Assembly: GCA_965205025.1 (NCBI GenBank)
Contig: CBDBFU010000002.1
Span: 224,001-288,000 of the forward strand
Direction of reading: 5' to 3'
Origin: Candidatus Poribacteria bacterium
GTDB taxonomy: Bacteria > Poribacteria > WGA-4E > WGA-3G
DNA length: 64,000 nucleotides
Part shown: one piece after another, positions 40,532-50,900 of the stretch
Position numbering within the stretch: position 1 is the stretch's first letter
Layout: every line of letters begins with the position of its first letter
Translations under genes and position numbers: made by a program
The notes under the pieces: generated by a model
Database searches by the model: none
The model's input: only the letters and a program-made list of their open reading frames with translations
What the model was told of the DNA's origin: nothing

Positions 40532-43471
40532 TCATCGATCCGAACCCTTGAGGACTTCATCCCAATCCCACAGAAGAATTGTACCATCTTCCCCTGTACT
40601 TACAAGTGTTTTGCCATCGGGTGAGAACACCAACGTTTGCACTGTCGCTGTGTGTCCTTCAAGTATAGTAGGTTTATCTTCTGTTTCCAGATCCCATAAC
40701 TCAATTTCACCACCATTATGTCCGATAACAAGCATAGTATTATCTGCTGCAAACACTAACGTTTCGGCACTGGCACTATTGAATATTTCCTTAAGAAGGG
40801 TATGTTTATGATCTGCCAACAAACGTAACAAACGTACGCTTTTGTAACTTACCATAGCAAGCAAACTGCCATTTGGTGAGAATGCCAATGTTGGAATATG
40901 TTCCTGATAGGCGATACTAACATCAGGTGGGGTCCCTTCCACTATCGGCCCTTTTCCTTCAAAGAGTCGGGCTAACGAAACGCCAGTTTCCGCATCCCAC
41001 ATCTCGACCTTTCCGCCCCGGGTTGCACCAACAAGTTTTTTGCCATCTGGTGAAAAAACTAAAGCACTGATTTTAGACTCAAGAGCTCTGATTTGAGTAT
41101 GAATGTGGTCAGGCAACTTGTCAATATCGTCCTGATCTAAGTGAGATGTATCAAGAGATATATCAAAAGTCTCACCTGTCTCTGTATTCCACACACGAAT
41201 CTTACCAGAATCGTCGAATGCCACCGTTTTTCCATCAGGTGAAAAAGTAAGGCATGAAGAACCTCCTTCCGTAGCCAAAGTCTGCAATTCATGTCCTGTT
41301 CTAACGTCACTCAGACGAACCAGCGGCTCATGTGTATACTGCATAGAGGCATGTGGGAAGGCTCTATTACCTTTTACACCAGCACTTGCGAGCTTTGTCC
41401 CATCAGGTGAAAACGCTGAAGCCGATAACCAATCTTGATGTCTTTCAGGATAGAAATCGGTTTTTTGTAAGGCACTCGAATCCGTTTTTTCCAATGTTTT
41501 CTCATCCCATAAGCTAACTACCCTATTATGCGCTACAGTTGCAAGCGTGGTGTTATTTTTAAAGAAAGTCGCTGCTTCCACCTGCATTGTGTGTCCGGTG
41601 ATACGGGTAGGTAATGAATTTCCTGTCTCAATATTCCAAAACTGGACTGTGCCATCTGCACTTCCACTGGCAAGTGTGCGATTATCTGGTGAAAACGTTA
41701 AAGCATTGATGCCGCAGCTATGACCTGTGAAAGTGATGAGAAGTTCTCCCGTGGCGATATGCCACAACTGCACTGTCTTATCGGTCCCGCCGCTGGCAAG
41801 CATATTTCCGTCTGGAGAGAACGCTAACGCATTGACCCATCCCGTGTGTTTGTCAAGGAGAATAGATGCTTTACTGTCGGTATCCCATAATTGTAATGGG
41901 ACTTTTTCATCATTATTTTTACCTGCACTCGCGAGACGTGTGCCATCAGGTGAAAATTCCAAGGCTAAAATACGCATGTTTCCCTTGAGTGTAGACAGTA
42001 TTTCGCCTGTCGTTGTGTCCCACAACTCAATCTTAGTTTCTGTTCCAACTGCAAATTTATCATGTGTGAGCGCAAAAAGATCCTTATAATCCCAATTTGT
42101 TCGTCCTTTGATATGCTTCACATTCCCTTTTCCTGTTTCAACATCTAACTGTCTGATTGAGTCTCCTTTGTTACTCAAAGCAAAAAGTGTTTTGCTATCT
42201 TCAGAGAACCGCAATACTGAGGCATGCGGAAAATAATCAGTGCGTTGCATTTTCTGACCAGTAGCCACTTCCCATAACTGGGGTCCCTCTCTGTAATAAC
42301 CGCCAATATTGCCTGCAAGGAAGCGTCCGTCTGGAGAAAATGCGATGGATTCGCACTTACCGGGGAACATGGATACTTCTTTACCCGTTTTCGCATCATA
42401 AAGCCACACACCTATACTACTGCCCACCGCGAGTTGCGTGCCATCTGGTGAGAATTGAAGCACATTAATCCCGCCTTTTCCCAAGCGTGCTTTTGCAGCT
42501 TTTGGCAATTTCCATTGTGTATAATCTTTCACAATTTCCTCTCCTTGTGCCTCTGTAATTGCTGCAGGGGCATTATTAGGTTGCTGTTCAGGGTTATTAC
42601 GCTTATCCAATACGTTGACACTTTCTATTTCCGTCCGCACATCTGGTTCGGATTCCAAATTCGCAACTATAGGTGCATCAATAATATCAACCTTCATTTC
42701 TGCGGTAACATCAAGACTATAAGGTTGCTGAAAGCGAACTAAGTATCGGCTGCTCATTCCGACCATCAGTAAAATCAAAATAGCAGTTGATGCACTCAGC
42801 ACCCACGGCATAAAGGGTTTACTCCCTGATGGGGTAGTCGGTTTTATCCGTGCAACTTCTCGTATAATGTTATCAGTAAGATTTGGGGATAGTTGAAAGT
42901 TGCTAAGTGCCTCTTTTATCATCGGTTCCTCCTTTTTTAAACGCTTCCGAGCACGGTGCAATCGAAGCTTAATCGCGCTTGTAGATACACCTAAAAATCG
43001 GCTTATCTCTTCAATCGTCATTTCACCAAGATAGTGAAGTGTCATCACTGTGCGTTCACTCTCATTCAGTTTGGCAAGCAGTTTTTTAACGACTTCACGT
43101 TGAGTCTCAACTGTAACTTTCGTACGTTCTTCGGTGACATAGCGTGAATATGCTGTACCTTCTGTCCATTCAATCTTTGTGTATTCTATTGGTGCAGTTT
43201 TAATACGCTTTTTACGAAGCCATTCCCGGCATTGGTTGGTCGCAATTACATACAGCCATCCAGGAAACTGATCTGGATTTCTCAATGTTCCAAGTTTCTG
43301 ATGGACTTTCAGGAAGGTGTCCTGTGTAATCTCTTCGGCGATGTGGAAATCGCCGATCTTACGCCAAGCGAGCGTATGTACCTGCTTCTGATATTTTTCC
43401 ACTAAACTGACAAAGGCGGTATCATCACCCTCAAGGATACGGTGTATAAGTTTAACGTCATCATTCTTCAT
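40532..43471 (-). CDS. ECF sigma-TM-WD40 fusion
   Basis: Start MKNDD with GAGGT RBS; sigma2/sigma4 (GVSTSAIKLRLHRA), TM, YTQWKLPKAAKARLGKG, WD40. Confidence 0.92.
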   Translation of the reverse strand: MKNDDVKLIHRILEGDDTAFVSLVEKYQKQVHTLAWRKIGDFHIAEEITQDTFLKVHQKLGTLRNPDQFPGWLYVIATNQCREWLRKKRIKTAPIEYTKIEWTEGTAYSRYVTEERTKVTVETQREVVKKLLAKLNESERTVMTLHYLGEMTIEEISRFLGVSTSAIKLRLHRARKRLKKEEPMIKEALSNFQLSPNLTDNIIREVARIKPTTPSGSKPFMPWVLSASTAILILLMVGMSSRYLVRFQQPYSLDVTAEMKVDIIDAPIVANLESEPDVRTEIESVNVLDKRNNPEQQPNNAPAAITEAQGEEIVKDYTQWKLPKAAKARLGKGGINVLQFSPDGTQLAVGSSIGVWLYDAKTGKEVSMFPGKCESIAFSPDGRFLAGNIGGYYREGPQLWEVATGQKMQRTDYFPHASVLRFSEDSKTLFALSNKGDSIRQLDVETGKGNVKHIKGRTNWDYKDLFALTHDKFAVGTETKIELWDTTTGEILSTLKGNMRILALEFSPDGTRLASAGKNNDEKVPLQLWDTDSKASILLDKHTGWVNALAFSPDGNMLASGGTDKTVQLWHIATGELLITFTGHSCGINALTFSPDNRTLASGSADGTVQFWNIETGNSLPTRITGHTMQVEAATFFKNNTTLATVAHNRVVSLWDEKTLEKTDSSALQKTDFYPERHQDWLSASAFSPDGTKLASAGVKGNRAFPHASMQYTHEPLVRLSDVRTGHELQTLATEGGSSCLTFSPDGKTVAFDDSGKIRVWNTETGETFDISLDTSHLDQDDIDKLPDHIHTQIRALESKISALVFSPDGKKLVGATRGGKVEMWDAETGVSLARLFEGKGPIVEGTPPDVSIAYQEHIPTLAFSPNGSLLAMVSYKSVRLLRLLADHKHTLLKEIFNSASAETLVFAADNTMLVIGHNGGEIELWDLETEDKPTILEGHTATVQTLVFSPDGKTLVSTGEDGTILLWDWDEVLKGSDR

Positions 43472-43515
43472 TTGACACCTCAAAAAATGTACCAAATTAA
43501 TAGATATGCATTCAT

Positions 43516-43543
43516 GACGCGGGTTAGAGGGAGAATGGTTACT
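43516..43543 (-). promoter_or_regulatory. Putative ECF promoter GTAACC-N15-CGCGTC
   Basis: Conserved CGCGTCA -10 with a variant -35. Confidence 0.55.
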
Positions 43544-43769
43544 TAATTCTTTGAAAAGCGGATTTTTCGCAATAATTAATTTTGAACGGGTAATCAGGAG
43601 GATTGATTACCAATTTATCACATCAATAAATTGATGTATAGGATTTGCTTGGTAAGGGGTGAAAACTTTTTGGCACTGCACTACAGTGTATCTCATAAAT
43701 ACGAATCTAATTATTTATTATCCATCTGAACCCTTAAGGACTTCATCCCACCCGAAAATGAACCAGAGA

Positions 43770-44258
43770 TTAATCTTGGGCATTTATTATAGAGTGAAGA
43801 TCCCATAGATACACGATACCATCAAGTGCTCCACTTGCGAATAAGCTTCCATTCGGACTGAAACTAACTGTATAAACACCTTGATTATGCGCATCAAAAA
43901 TTGCAATCTGAGTTTTGGTAGCAACATCCCATAGACCGATTTTTCCATGATGGGCACTCACCAACATTTTGCCATCTGGACTAAATGCCACGGTATTTAC
44001 CTCTGCTGTTGCGTCCATTAAAGCAAGTTCTTGAGTCGTCTCTACATCATAAAGCCAAATACCTGTATTAGTTGCTACGGCGAGAAGTTTACCGTCTGGT
44101 GAATATGCAATTTCATTCACCCCACCTTTTCCTAAACGCGCGATTGCCCCGTCAGGTAAACCCCAACGTGTGTAGTCTGGTTGTGCATAAACTGTGGATA
44201 GAAATAGCAGCGAAATGAAGAAGAGTGTAAATAGAATTATCTTTGTTTTTGATGACAT
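43770..44258 (-). CDS. Short secreted WD40 protein, possibly truncated
   Basis: Signal peptide, YTRWGLPDGAIARLGKGG, about 3 WD40 repeats; orphan WDEVLKGSDG* tail at 43718-43750. Confidence 0.75.
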   Translation of the reverse strand: MSSKTKIILFTLFFISLLFLSTVYAQPDYTRWGLPDGAIARLGKGGVNEIAYSPDGKLLAVATNTGIWLYDVETTQELALMDATAEVNTVAFSPDGKMLVSAHHGKIGLWDVATKTQIAIFDAHNQGVYTVSFSPNGSLFASGALDGIVYLWDLHSIINAQD

Positions 44259-44334
44259 TTAGTGTTCCCTCTGGAAAAAGTAAATTAGGAAGGTCCCAAT
44301 TCGATAGTAAATTCGTGATTCTCTCGGTGGTGAT

Positions 44335-44453
44335 CTTATACCATTTCTATAAATGTATCCCATGAACAGTTGTTAAGCTTGTCTTGAAATACTGCACAAA
44401 CTGGAAGTTTATGCTACATTGAAGAAACTTTAAGTATTTAGAAATGGTATAAG
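44335..44453. mobile_element. MITE family A, intact
   Basis: Perfect 15-bp TIRs CTTATACCATTTCTA / TAGAAATGGTATAAG; central imperfect palindrome GCACAAACT-GGA-AGTTTATGC. Confidence 0.75.
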
Positions 44454-44478
44454 AAAAATCTATGAAATGGTAACACGT

Positions 44479-47478
44479 TTAAAGGTTAAAGGACTCATTT
44501 TGAGTTGTACCCTTAAGAACTTCTTTCCAATCCCAAATAAGGATCGTACCGTCTTCTCCACATGTGGCAAGGGTTGTGCCGTCTGCAGAAAAAACCATCT
44601 TGGATATCCAACTTGTATGTCCAGTAAGAGTCGTGATAATTTTCCCTGTTGTTGCATTTCGTAATTCAATAAATCCATGTCGACTCCCACTGACAAGAGT
44701 TAATCCATCTGGAGAGAACGTCAACGATGTTGGAGGATCATTATAACCTATGCCTTCCAGTCTAATTACAGCATCAAAGCTGTTAGTTTCAGGATTTTGG
44801 GAATAAATGTGTCTTCCTGCAGCAAAAGTATTATTACTATCAGGTGGGAACGCAATCTTCCCTTGGTCTTGTAGTGTCTGAATCTCAGCACCAGTCATAG
44901 GATCCCATATCCTAATTGTCTTGTCCTTATCTGTCCAACCAGAACTAACAACAGTTTTGTTATCAGGTGAAAATGCTAAACTGATAACAGCAGTAGTATG
45001 TCCTTCAAGTCTACACAGAGTTTGTCGTTTAGCAACATCCCATATTTGTATAGAATTGTCTTGACGAGAACTCACAGCAAGAAGTTTGCCATCCGGTGAG
45101 AATACCACTTCAGCTTGAAATCCACCACTTTTTTCCTTTCCTCCTAAGACACATAACAAACCTTTTGATTCTGTATCCCATAGTCGGACAACACAATTAT
45201 CAAAATCAATTGTATCTCTGGTTACAAATAGGCGTCCATCTGGTGAAAAAGCTACTTCTGAATTTTTTTCATCATTATTCTCAATCCTATCAATCGTAAA
45301 TTCCTTTCCAGTATCCACATCCCATACAGAAACAAATACCTGCGAGTTTCTCCTACTGATACTGGTGATGGTTTTAATTACACTCTCAGAATGATTCGGT
45401 TTTTCTGTCACCGTTGGTAATTCAGAATGATTGATGTCATTGAATACTAAAGCGGAAACCGACCCCGAATGATTAATCAATGTGAATTGTTCATTCCCTG
45501 AATCGGTTTCCCACAAACGAACAGTACCATCTGTATTGGCACTTACAATCTGTTTACCATCCGGTGAAAAACTGATTGCCTTAAATCTTCCGTATTCTTC
45601 ATGTCCTTCAAACATACGGATAGGTTTCTGACGGGTAGCAGTATTCAGCATACGTTTTAATGTAGAAGATGCACTCCCCGTGTCAATATCCCAGAGACGG
45701 ACTATACCATCAGAACATCCAACAGCAAGCAGACTACTATTTGGTGAAAATGCCAATACCTCTGGTGTTGTATCGGTATTAAGTGTAGACTTAAGCATTT
45801 CACTTGCAATATCCCATAACAGGATTCTATTGGAACCTTCAATAATGGCAAGTGTATTGTTATTTGGTGAAAATGCCAATTCAGTGATATTTTTCATCTT
45901 TTTTTCCACTTTGAATATACAATGTCCAGTCGCCATATCCCATACCTGAATTGGAGGAATATCCTTTTTATTCCGCCAATATGCATTGGCACTTGCAGCC
46001 GCAATATATCGTCTGTCAGGGGAGAATGTCACAAGCAATTCTTCAGAAATTTCATCTAATGCTGCAACCGTAGATTGATATGTATGATCCGAGAGATTCC
46101 AAAGACGAGTTGCCCCGTCTTGTCCCCACCGTACACTGTGCCAACCACTTGCACTAAACAATTTCGTATTGTCATCTGTAAATATCAACTCTCTAACCGG
46201 ACCATCAAATCCTTCAAAGGAAGATTTCAGACTTTGTGTCTGTACATCCCAAATTTGTATATTTCCATCAAAATCTCCACAAGCAAGGGTGTTTCCATCT
46301 GTAGAAAAAGCCAACACATTGATATATAATCTTCCTTGTTTTCGGTTAATATCATTGTTATCAGAAAGTAATGCGATTTCCTCTCCAGTATTTGCATCGT
46401 AAAACCATAGACCGATAGAAGTTCCAAGTACAAATAATTTACCATCTGGTGCGAATTTAATATCGGTAACCTCACCCTTCCCTAAACGGGTTTTTGCTTT
46501 TTCTGGTATCATACTCTTTGTATATTCTTTCATGATTTCCTCTGTTTGTTTATCCTCAGATAATGTAGTCATGTTTTCATTTTTTTCTTCTTCAGATTCA
46601 TTTTGTTTTACCAAAACGATCCTATTTTTAATTTGCATTCGTAAATCCTGTTTAGATTTCAAGTTCGCGACGATAGGAGCGTCAACGATTTCAACCGTCA
46701 TATCTGCTGTAGTATCAAACGAATAAGGGTGCTGAAAGAGGGGTAAGTATTGGTGGTTACCAAAACCAAGTATTAACACCACAATTACTAACGTGGAAGC
46801 AACTATTCCCCACGGAACTATAGGTTTAGTACTGGTTGGTGTCATCGGTTTGCTTCGTGAGATTTCTTTCATTATCGTATCCGTGAGATTTGGTGAAATC
46901 TGGTAATTCTCTAACGCTTCTCTAATGATTCCTTCATCCTTCTGCAAACGCTGTTGCGCACGGTGAAGTCTACTTTTAACTGTATTTGCGGAAACACCTA
47001 AAAACGCACCAATCTCTTTACACGTCATATCCCCATAATAGTGAAGTGTCATGACAGTCCGTTCACTTTCCTTAAGTTTTGCAAGCAATTTTTCGACAAC
47101 AATACGCTGGGTTTCTGCCGAGGAACGTTTGTTCTCTGTAGCAACATATTCCGAATAAGTTGATTCTTTAGGTTGTTTGATATCAATCTTCTCTTGTAGT
47201 TGAGTTCGGATGTTTTTATTACGTAACCATGTATTGCAAAGATTTGAAGCAATTACATACAACCATCCAGCAAATAGTTGTGGTTTCTTCAAAGTATTGA
47301 GTTGCTGATATGCCCTCAGAAATGTATCCTGCGTAAGTTCTTCCGCAAAATGAAAATCCCCAATTTTCTTCCACACAAGGGCATGAACCTGCTTTTGGTA
47401 TTTTTCAACAAGCTCCGAGAATGCATTATCATCACCTTCAAGACTGCGGTGAATCAGGTGTGTATCATTGTTTATCAT
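44479..47478 (-). CDS. ECF sigma-TM-WD40 fusion
   Basis: Sigma2/sigma4 (GVSANTVKSRLHRA), TM PWGIVASTLVIVVLILG, WD40. Confidence 0.92.
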   Translation of the reverse strand: MINNDTHLIHRSLEGDDNAFSELVEKYQKQVHALVWKKIGDFHFAEELTQDTFLRAYQQLNTLKKPQLFAGWLYVIASNLCNTWLRNKNIRTQLQEKIDIKQPKESTYSEYVATENKRSSAETQRIVVEKLLAKLKESERTVMTLHYYGDMTCKEIGAFLGVSANTVKSRLHRAQQRLQKDEGIIREALENYQISPNLTDTIMKEISRSKPMTPTSTKPIVPWGIVASTLVIVVLILGFGNHQYLPLFQHPYSFDTTADMTVEIVDAPIVANLKSKQDLRMQIKNRIVLVKQNESEEEKNENMTTLSEDKQTEEIMKEYTKSMIPEKAKTRLGKGEVTDIKFAPDGKLFVLGTSIGLWFYDANTGEEIALLSDNNDINRKQGRLYINVLAFSTDGNTLACGDFDGNIQIWDVQTQSLKSSFEGFDGPVRELIFTDDNTKLFSASGWHSVRWGQDGATRLWNLSDHTYQSTVAALDEISEELLVTFSPDRRYIAAASANAYWRNKKDIPPIQVWDMATGHCIFKVEKKMKNITELAFSPNNNTLAIIEGSNRILLWDIASEMLKSTLNTDTTPEVLAFSPNSSLLAVGCSDGIVRLWDIDTGSASSTLKRMLNTATRQKPIRMFEGHEEYGRFKAISFSPDGKQIVSANTDGTVRLWETDSGNEQFTLINHSGSVSALVFNDINHSELPTVTEKPNHSESVIKTITSISRRNSQVFVSVWDVDTGKEFTIDRIENNDEKNSEVAFSPDGRLFVTRDTIDFDNCVVRLWDTESKGLLCVLGGKEKSGGFQAEVVFSPDGKLLAVSSRQDNSIQIWDVAKRQTLCRLEGHTTAVISLAFSPDNKTVVSSGWTDKDKTIRIWDPMTGAEIQTLQDQGKIAFPPDSNNTFAAGRHIYSQNPETNSFDAVIRLEGIGYNDPPTSLTFSPDGLTLVSGSRHGFIELRNATTGKIITTLTGHTSWISKMVFSADGTTLATCGEDGTILIWDWKEVLKGTTQNESFNL

Positions 47479-47520
47479 AGATTCCCTCCGATTATATTTA
47501 GGCCGATTGATACTAATAAT

Positions 47521-47548
47521 GACAACGCAAAGGAATAAATGGGGTGCA
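47521..47548 (-). promoter_or_regulatory. Putative ECF promoter TGCACC-N16-GTTGTC
   Basis: -35 and spacing match the 52154 and 56443 copies. Confidence 0.6.
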
Positions 47549-47550
47549 TA

Positions 47551-47698
47551 ATTATAACTATAGTTTGGACATTATTATAACTATAGTTTGGACATTTTAA
47601 GCTGCAGTATGTGTATTAAAGTAGTTTTGATCCAAGTGACTGCTTTAGTATCAGATCAACCTAAAATATCTGATAAATTGTCCAAAACTATAGTATAA
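47551..47698. mobile_element. MITE family D with a duplicated left end
   Basis: TIR CTATAGTTT(T)GGACA at 47581 and 47679-47693, TATAA flanks, 23-bp tandem duplication 47551-47596. Confidence 0.6.
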
Positions 47699-47962
47699 TT
47701 TATACAAGCTTAAATTAGGAATGAATTGTTGGTTGTTAGGTGTCGTTCGGTTGAACTAAAGGATGAAACCTTTTTCATCAATGTAAACAACTTTCCATCC
47801 TTCAGGTTCTACCCTTTATTCTTTAGGTCGGCTTTCTGTTCCTCAGAAAGTTTCGGTTCATCATTAAATGTCGTTTAGGATTCTCTGAACAGGGAAGTTA
47901 AGAGACCTTACCTACTATTGAATAAGAGTATCTATTAGATTGTCCACGATTCTACTTCTACC

Positions 47963-50900
47963 CTAATCCTGCATCTTACGATTGATTTTCAAGTCATCAA
48001 ACGGTTGTCCGTTTTGATCGGTGATCCGCAGATAAAATCCCCATCCACCTGCTTCCTGGCACACTTTGACAAGGATACTGTTCTTTCCTTGTTTGAGCGT
48101 TATAGGAATACCGTATCTGTCAATTTCTGCACTATGTGTTTTTGTATGTGTGAATACCTCTTCACCATTTAACCATACTTTCCCTTGGTCATCACTATCA
48201 AAGCGGATTTGTGCTTCCCGATTATCAGGTGAAGTAAGGGTAGCGAACGCGTAAGCGACACACCAAAAAACATCCTTTCCGAAACCGATATAACCGTTTA
48301 GTGAATCATCTGTGCATTTTTGCCAACTCACCTTTTCATTAAGTCCATCGTATTTCGCATCCAAATCTATCTCAGTGATGTCTTCAGGGATGTATACTGT
48401 ATCAAAACCGATTCTACCTGCATTATCGAATGGACCCAGAATCATCCATGAATCTTTAGGAATAAAACCAGTTTTCTGTATATATGCGTTTACCTTCATT
48501 CCACTGTCATTGCCACTATTACGATAAACACGATAAAATTCTGCCAAAACAAAGTTCGTACTTCTTTGCTGTTCAGGGGTAAGGTTGTGAATAATAGAGT
48601 CGATTTTTCGTATGTACTCATCTGACTTCTCAACCATCCCTTTCTTATGATAATATACAGCCATACTAAGGTAAACATCAATCTGGAAGGTAGTACTTTC
48701 TGCTGAAAGGTCTACAGTTATAGAATCAACCTCTCGGGTATGCTCTTCTACCTTTTGATGCATACCCTGTTGGTGATAAAAATCTGCCAAAACCAGATGC
48801 GCATTTATTCGGATACTCAGACTATGAGAAAAATGATCAATCAATTTATCCATCATATTGGCAAAACCCTCTTTGTCTTGAATGTTTTTACCTACTTTGC
48901 CAATTTTCGTGAATAGTTCATATTGAAAAACCGGAGACGTTGTGACAATCTCATCACTTTGATAATCTGCAGCTGATAGATATTTGATGAATTCTATAAA
49001 CGCATCTTCAAACCATTCGTTTGCCAGATATACCTCACCATTCGTCAAGATATGATCAGAGATTTTGGGTTTGTCTGTTGAATGTTCAAGGAATTGCAAC
49101 ACAGTTTCTGGTGATTGATTCTCTTCGTGTATATTCGTAAGAACTTTTTCCCAATCCCAAAAAAGAATCGTACCACCACCAACACTGATTAGTGTTTTGT
49201 TATCATCTGAAAAGGATAAATCTTCCACTGATACTGAGTGCCCTTCAAGTGTAGAGAGTAAATCTCCGGTATGAACATCCCATAATTCAATATTACCACC
49301 CCAAAAACCGACAATTAGTATTGTATTATCTGGTGAAAAAATACATTTATCACAAGAACTTTTATTATCAAAAGTGACTTCTCTAAAATGGGGTTGTTTT
49401 GCCCTTCCTATCAAACGCAGCCGTTTATTACTACCTACAGCAATCAGGGAACTGTCTGATGAGAAAGCTAAGTTAAAGATTGGATTACTGTCCCTGTATG
49501 AATTATCCTTTGGAGGTATCTCCTCAAAGAAAGAACTTAACTCCGCTCCAGTTTCCACATCCCACAACTGAACACGCCCACCCATTGTTCCACTGACAAT
49601 TTTTTCTCCATCTGGTGAAAATGCCACAGTTCTGATAAGAGGTTTATGATCATCGGAATCTTCGTCGTGTTCTGAAGTGACAATCTCACGTTCTGCCCCG
49701 GTTTCAATATTCAGCAAACGGATTTTATTACCACTACTGCTGATTAAAGTTTTGCCATCAGGTGAAAATACCTCGCAATATCCAGATGGTAAAACCTTTA
49801 ACTCACGTCCTGTGCTAACTTCAGATAAACGAAGCACCCTCCTATTAAAGTCTGGCTTAGTTGAATTTCTCTGTGTGCCGTGAGCAGCGAGGATTGTTCC
49901 ATCAGGTGACAAGACAACTCGTCTGTACCATCTCCAATATAACGGTTCTTCAAGCATCGTTTTTGTTATAGAAGTTGTTTTTTGTGAATTCTTCAGATCC
50001 CAAACTGTAATAATACCGTGCTCAGAAACACTCACCAATTTGGAACCATCATTCAGAATAGATGCTGTGCGCATCCACATGTGTCCTGAAATTCGTTTCT
50101 GTAGCGGTTTTCTTTTCTTAATATCCCAAAACCTGATAGCTCCCTCTGTCCCACCACTCACAAGCGTGTTCCCATCTGGTGAAAATACTAATGAACCTAC
50201 CTTGCTGAAATGACCCGTGAACGTAGCAATCATTTTTCCTGTAAGAGTATTCCACAATTTAATAGTGCTATCTTCACTTCCACAGGCAAGTAGTGTGGCA
50301 TCTGGAGAGAACGCCAATACCACAGGTCTACCATTCCTCTCGTTCTTCATTGGATTGTTTACTATCTCTTTACCATTTTCAGTTGATACTCTCCAAGTTT
50401 TACCTTCTACAATAGGTTTTTGATAAACTATCAATTCTTCGCCTGTGGAGGTATCCCATAGTTGAACCGTTGTATCCAAATTCCCAGTTGCGAGTCGCGT
50501 GCCATCAGGTGTAAATTTCATAGTCAATGCATGGTTATTCCTAACGAAATAATCCGGCATACGAATTTCTTTCCCAAATTCCCTGAGTGTGGACAACTTT
50601 ATACCTGTCCTTGTATCCCACAACTCAATTCTTCCATCATCACTCCCGATTGCGATTTTATCTTCTGCGAGTGCGTAATTTTCAAGATGTAAGTACCCGG
50701 GTCTTTCTCCTAACTTTGTGGTAGTCGTCTCACCAGTTTCAACATTTACCCTATATATTGTGTCTCTTGCCATACTTAAGAACACAAGTGTTTTGCTATC
50801 ATTTGAGAATCGGATCACTTTTGCAGCAGGTAATACCTCTTTTACCGAAACTTCACTCGCTGTTGCTATATTCCACAACACTACACCCTTCTCCAGATGA

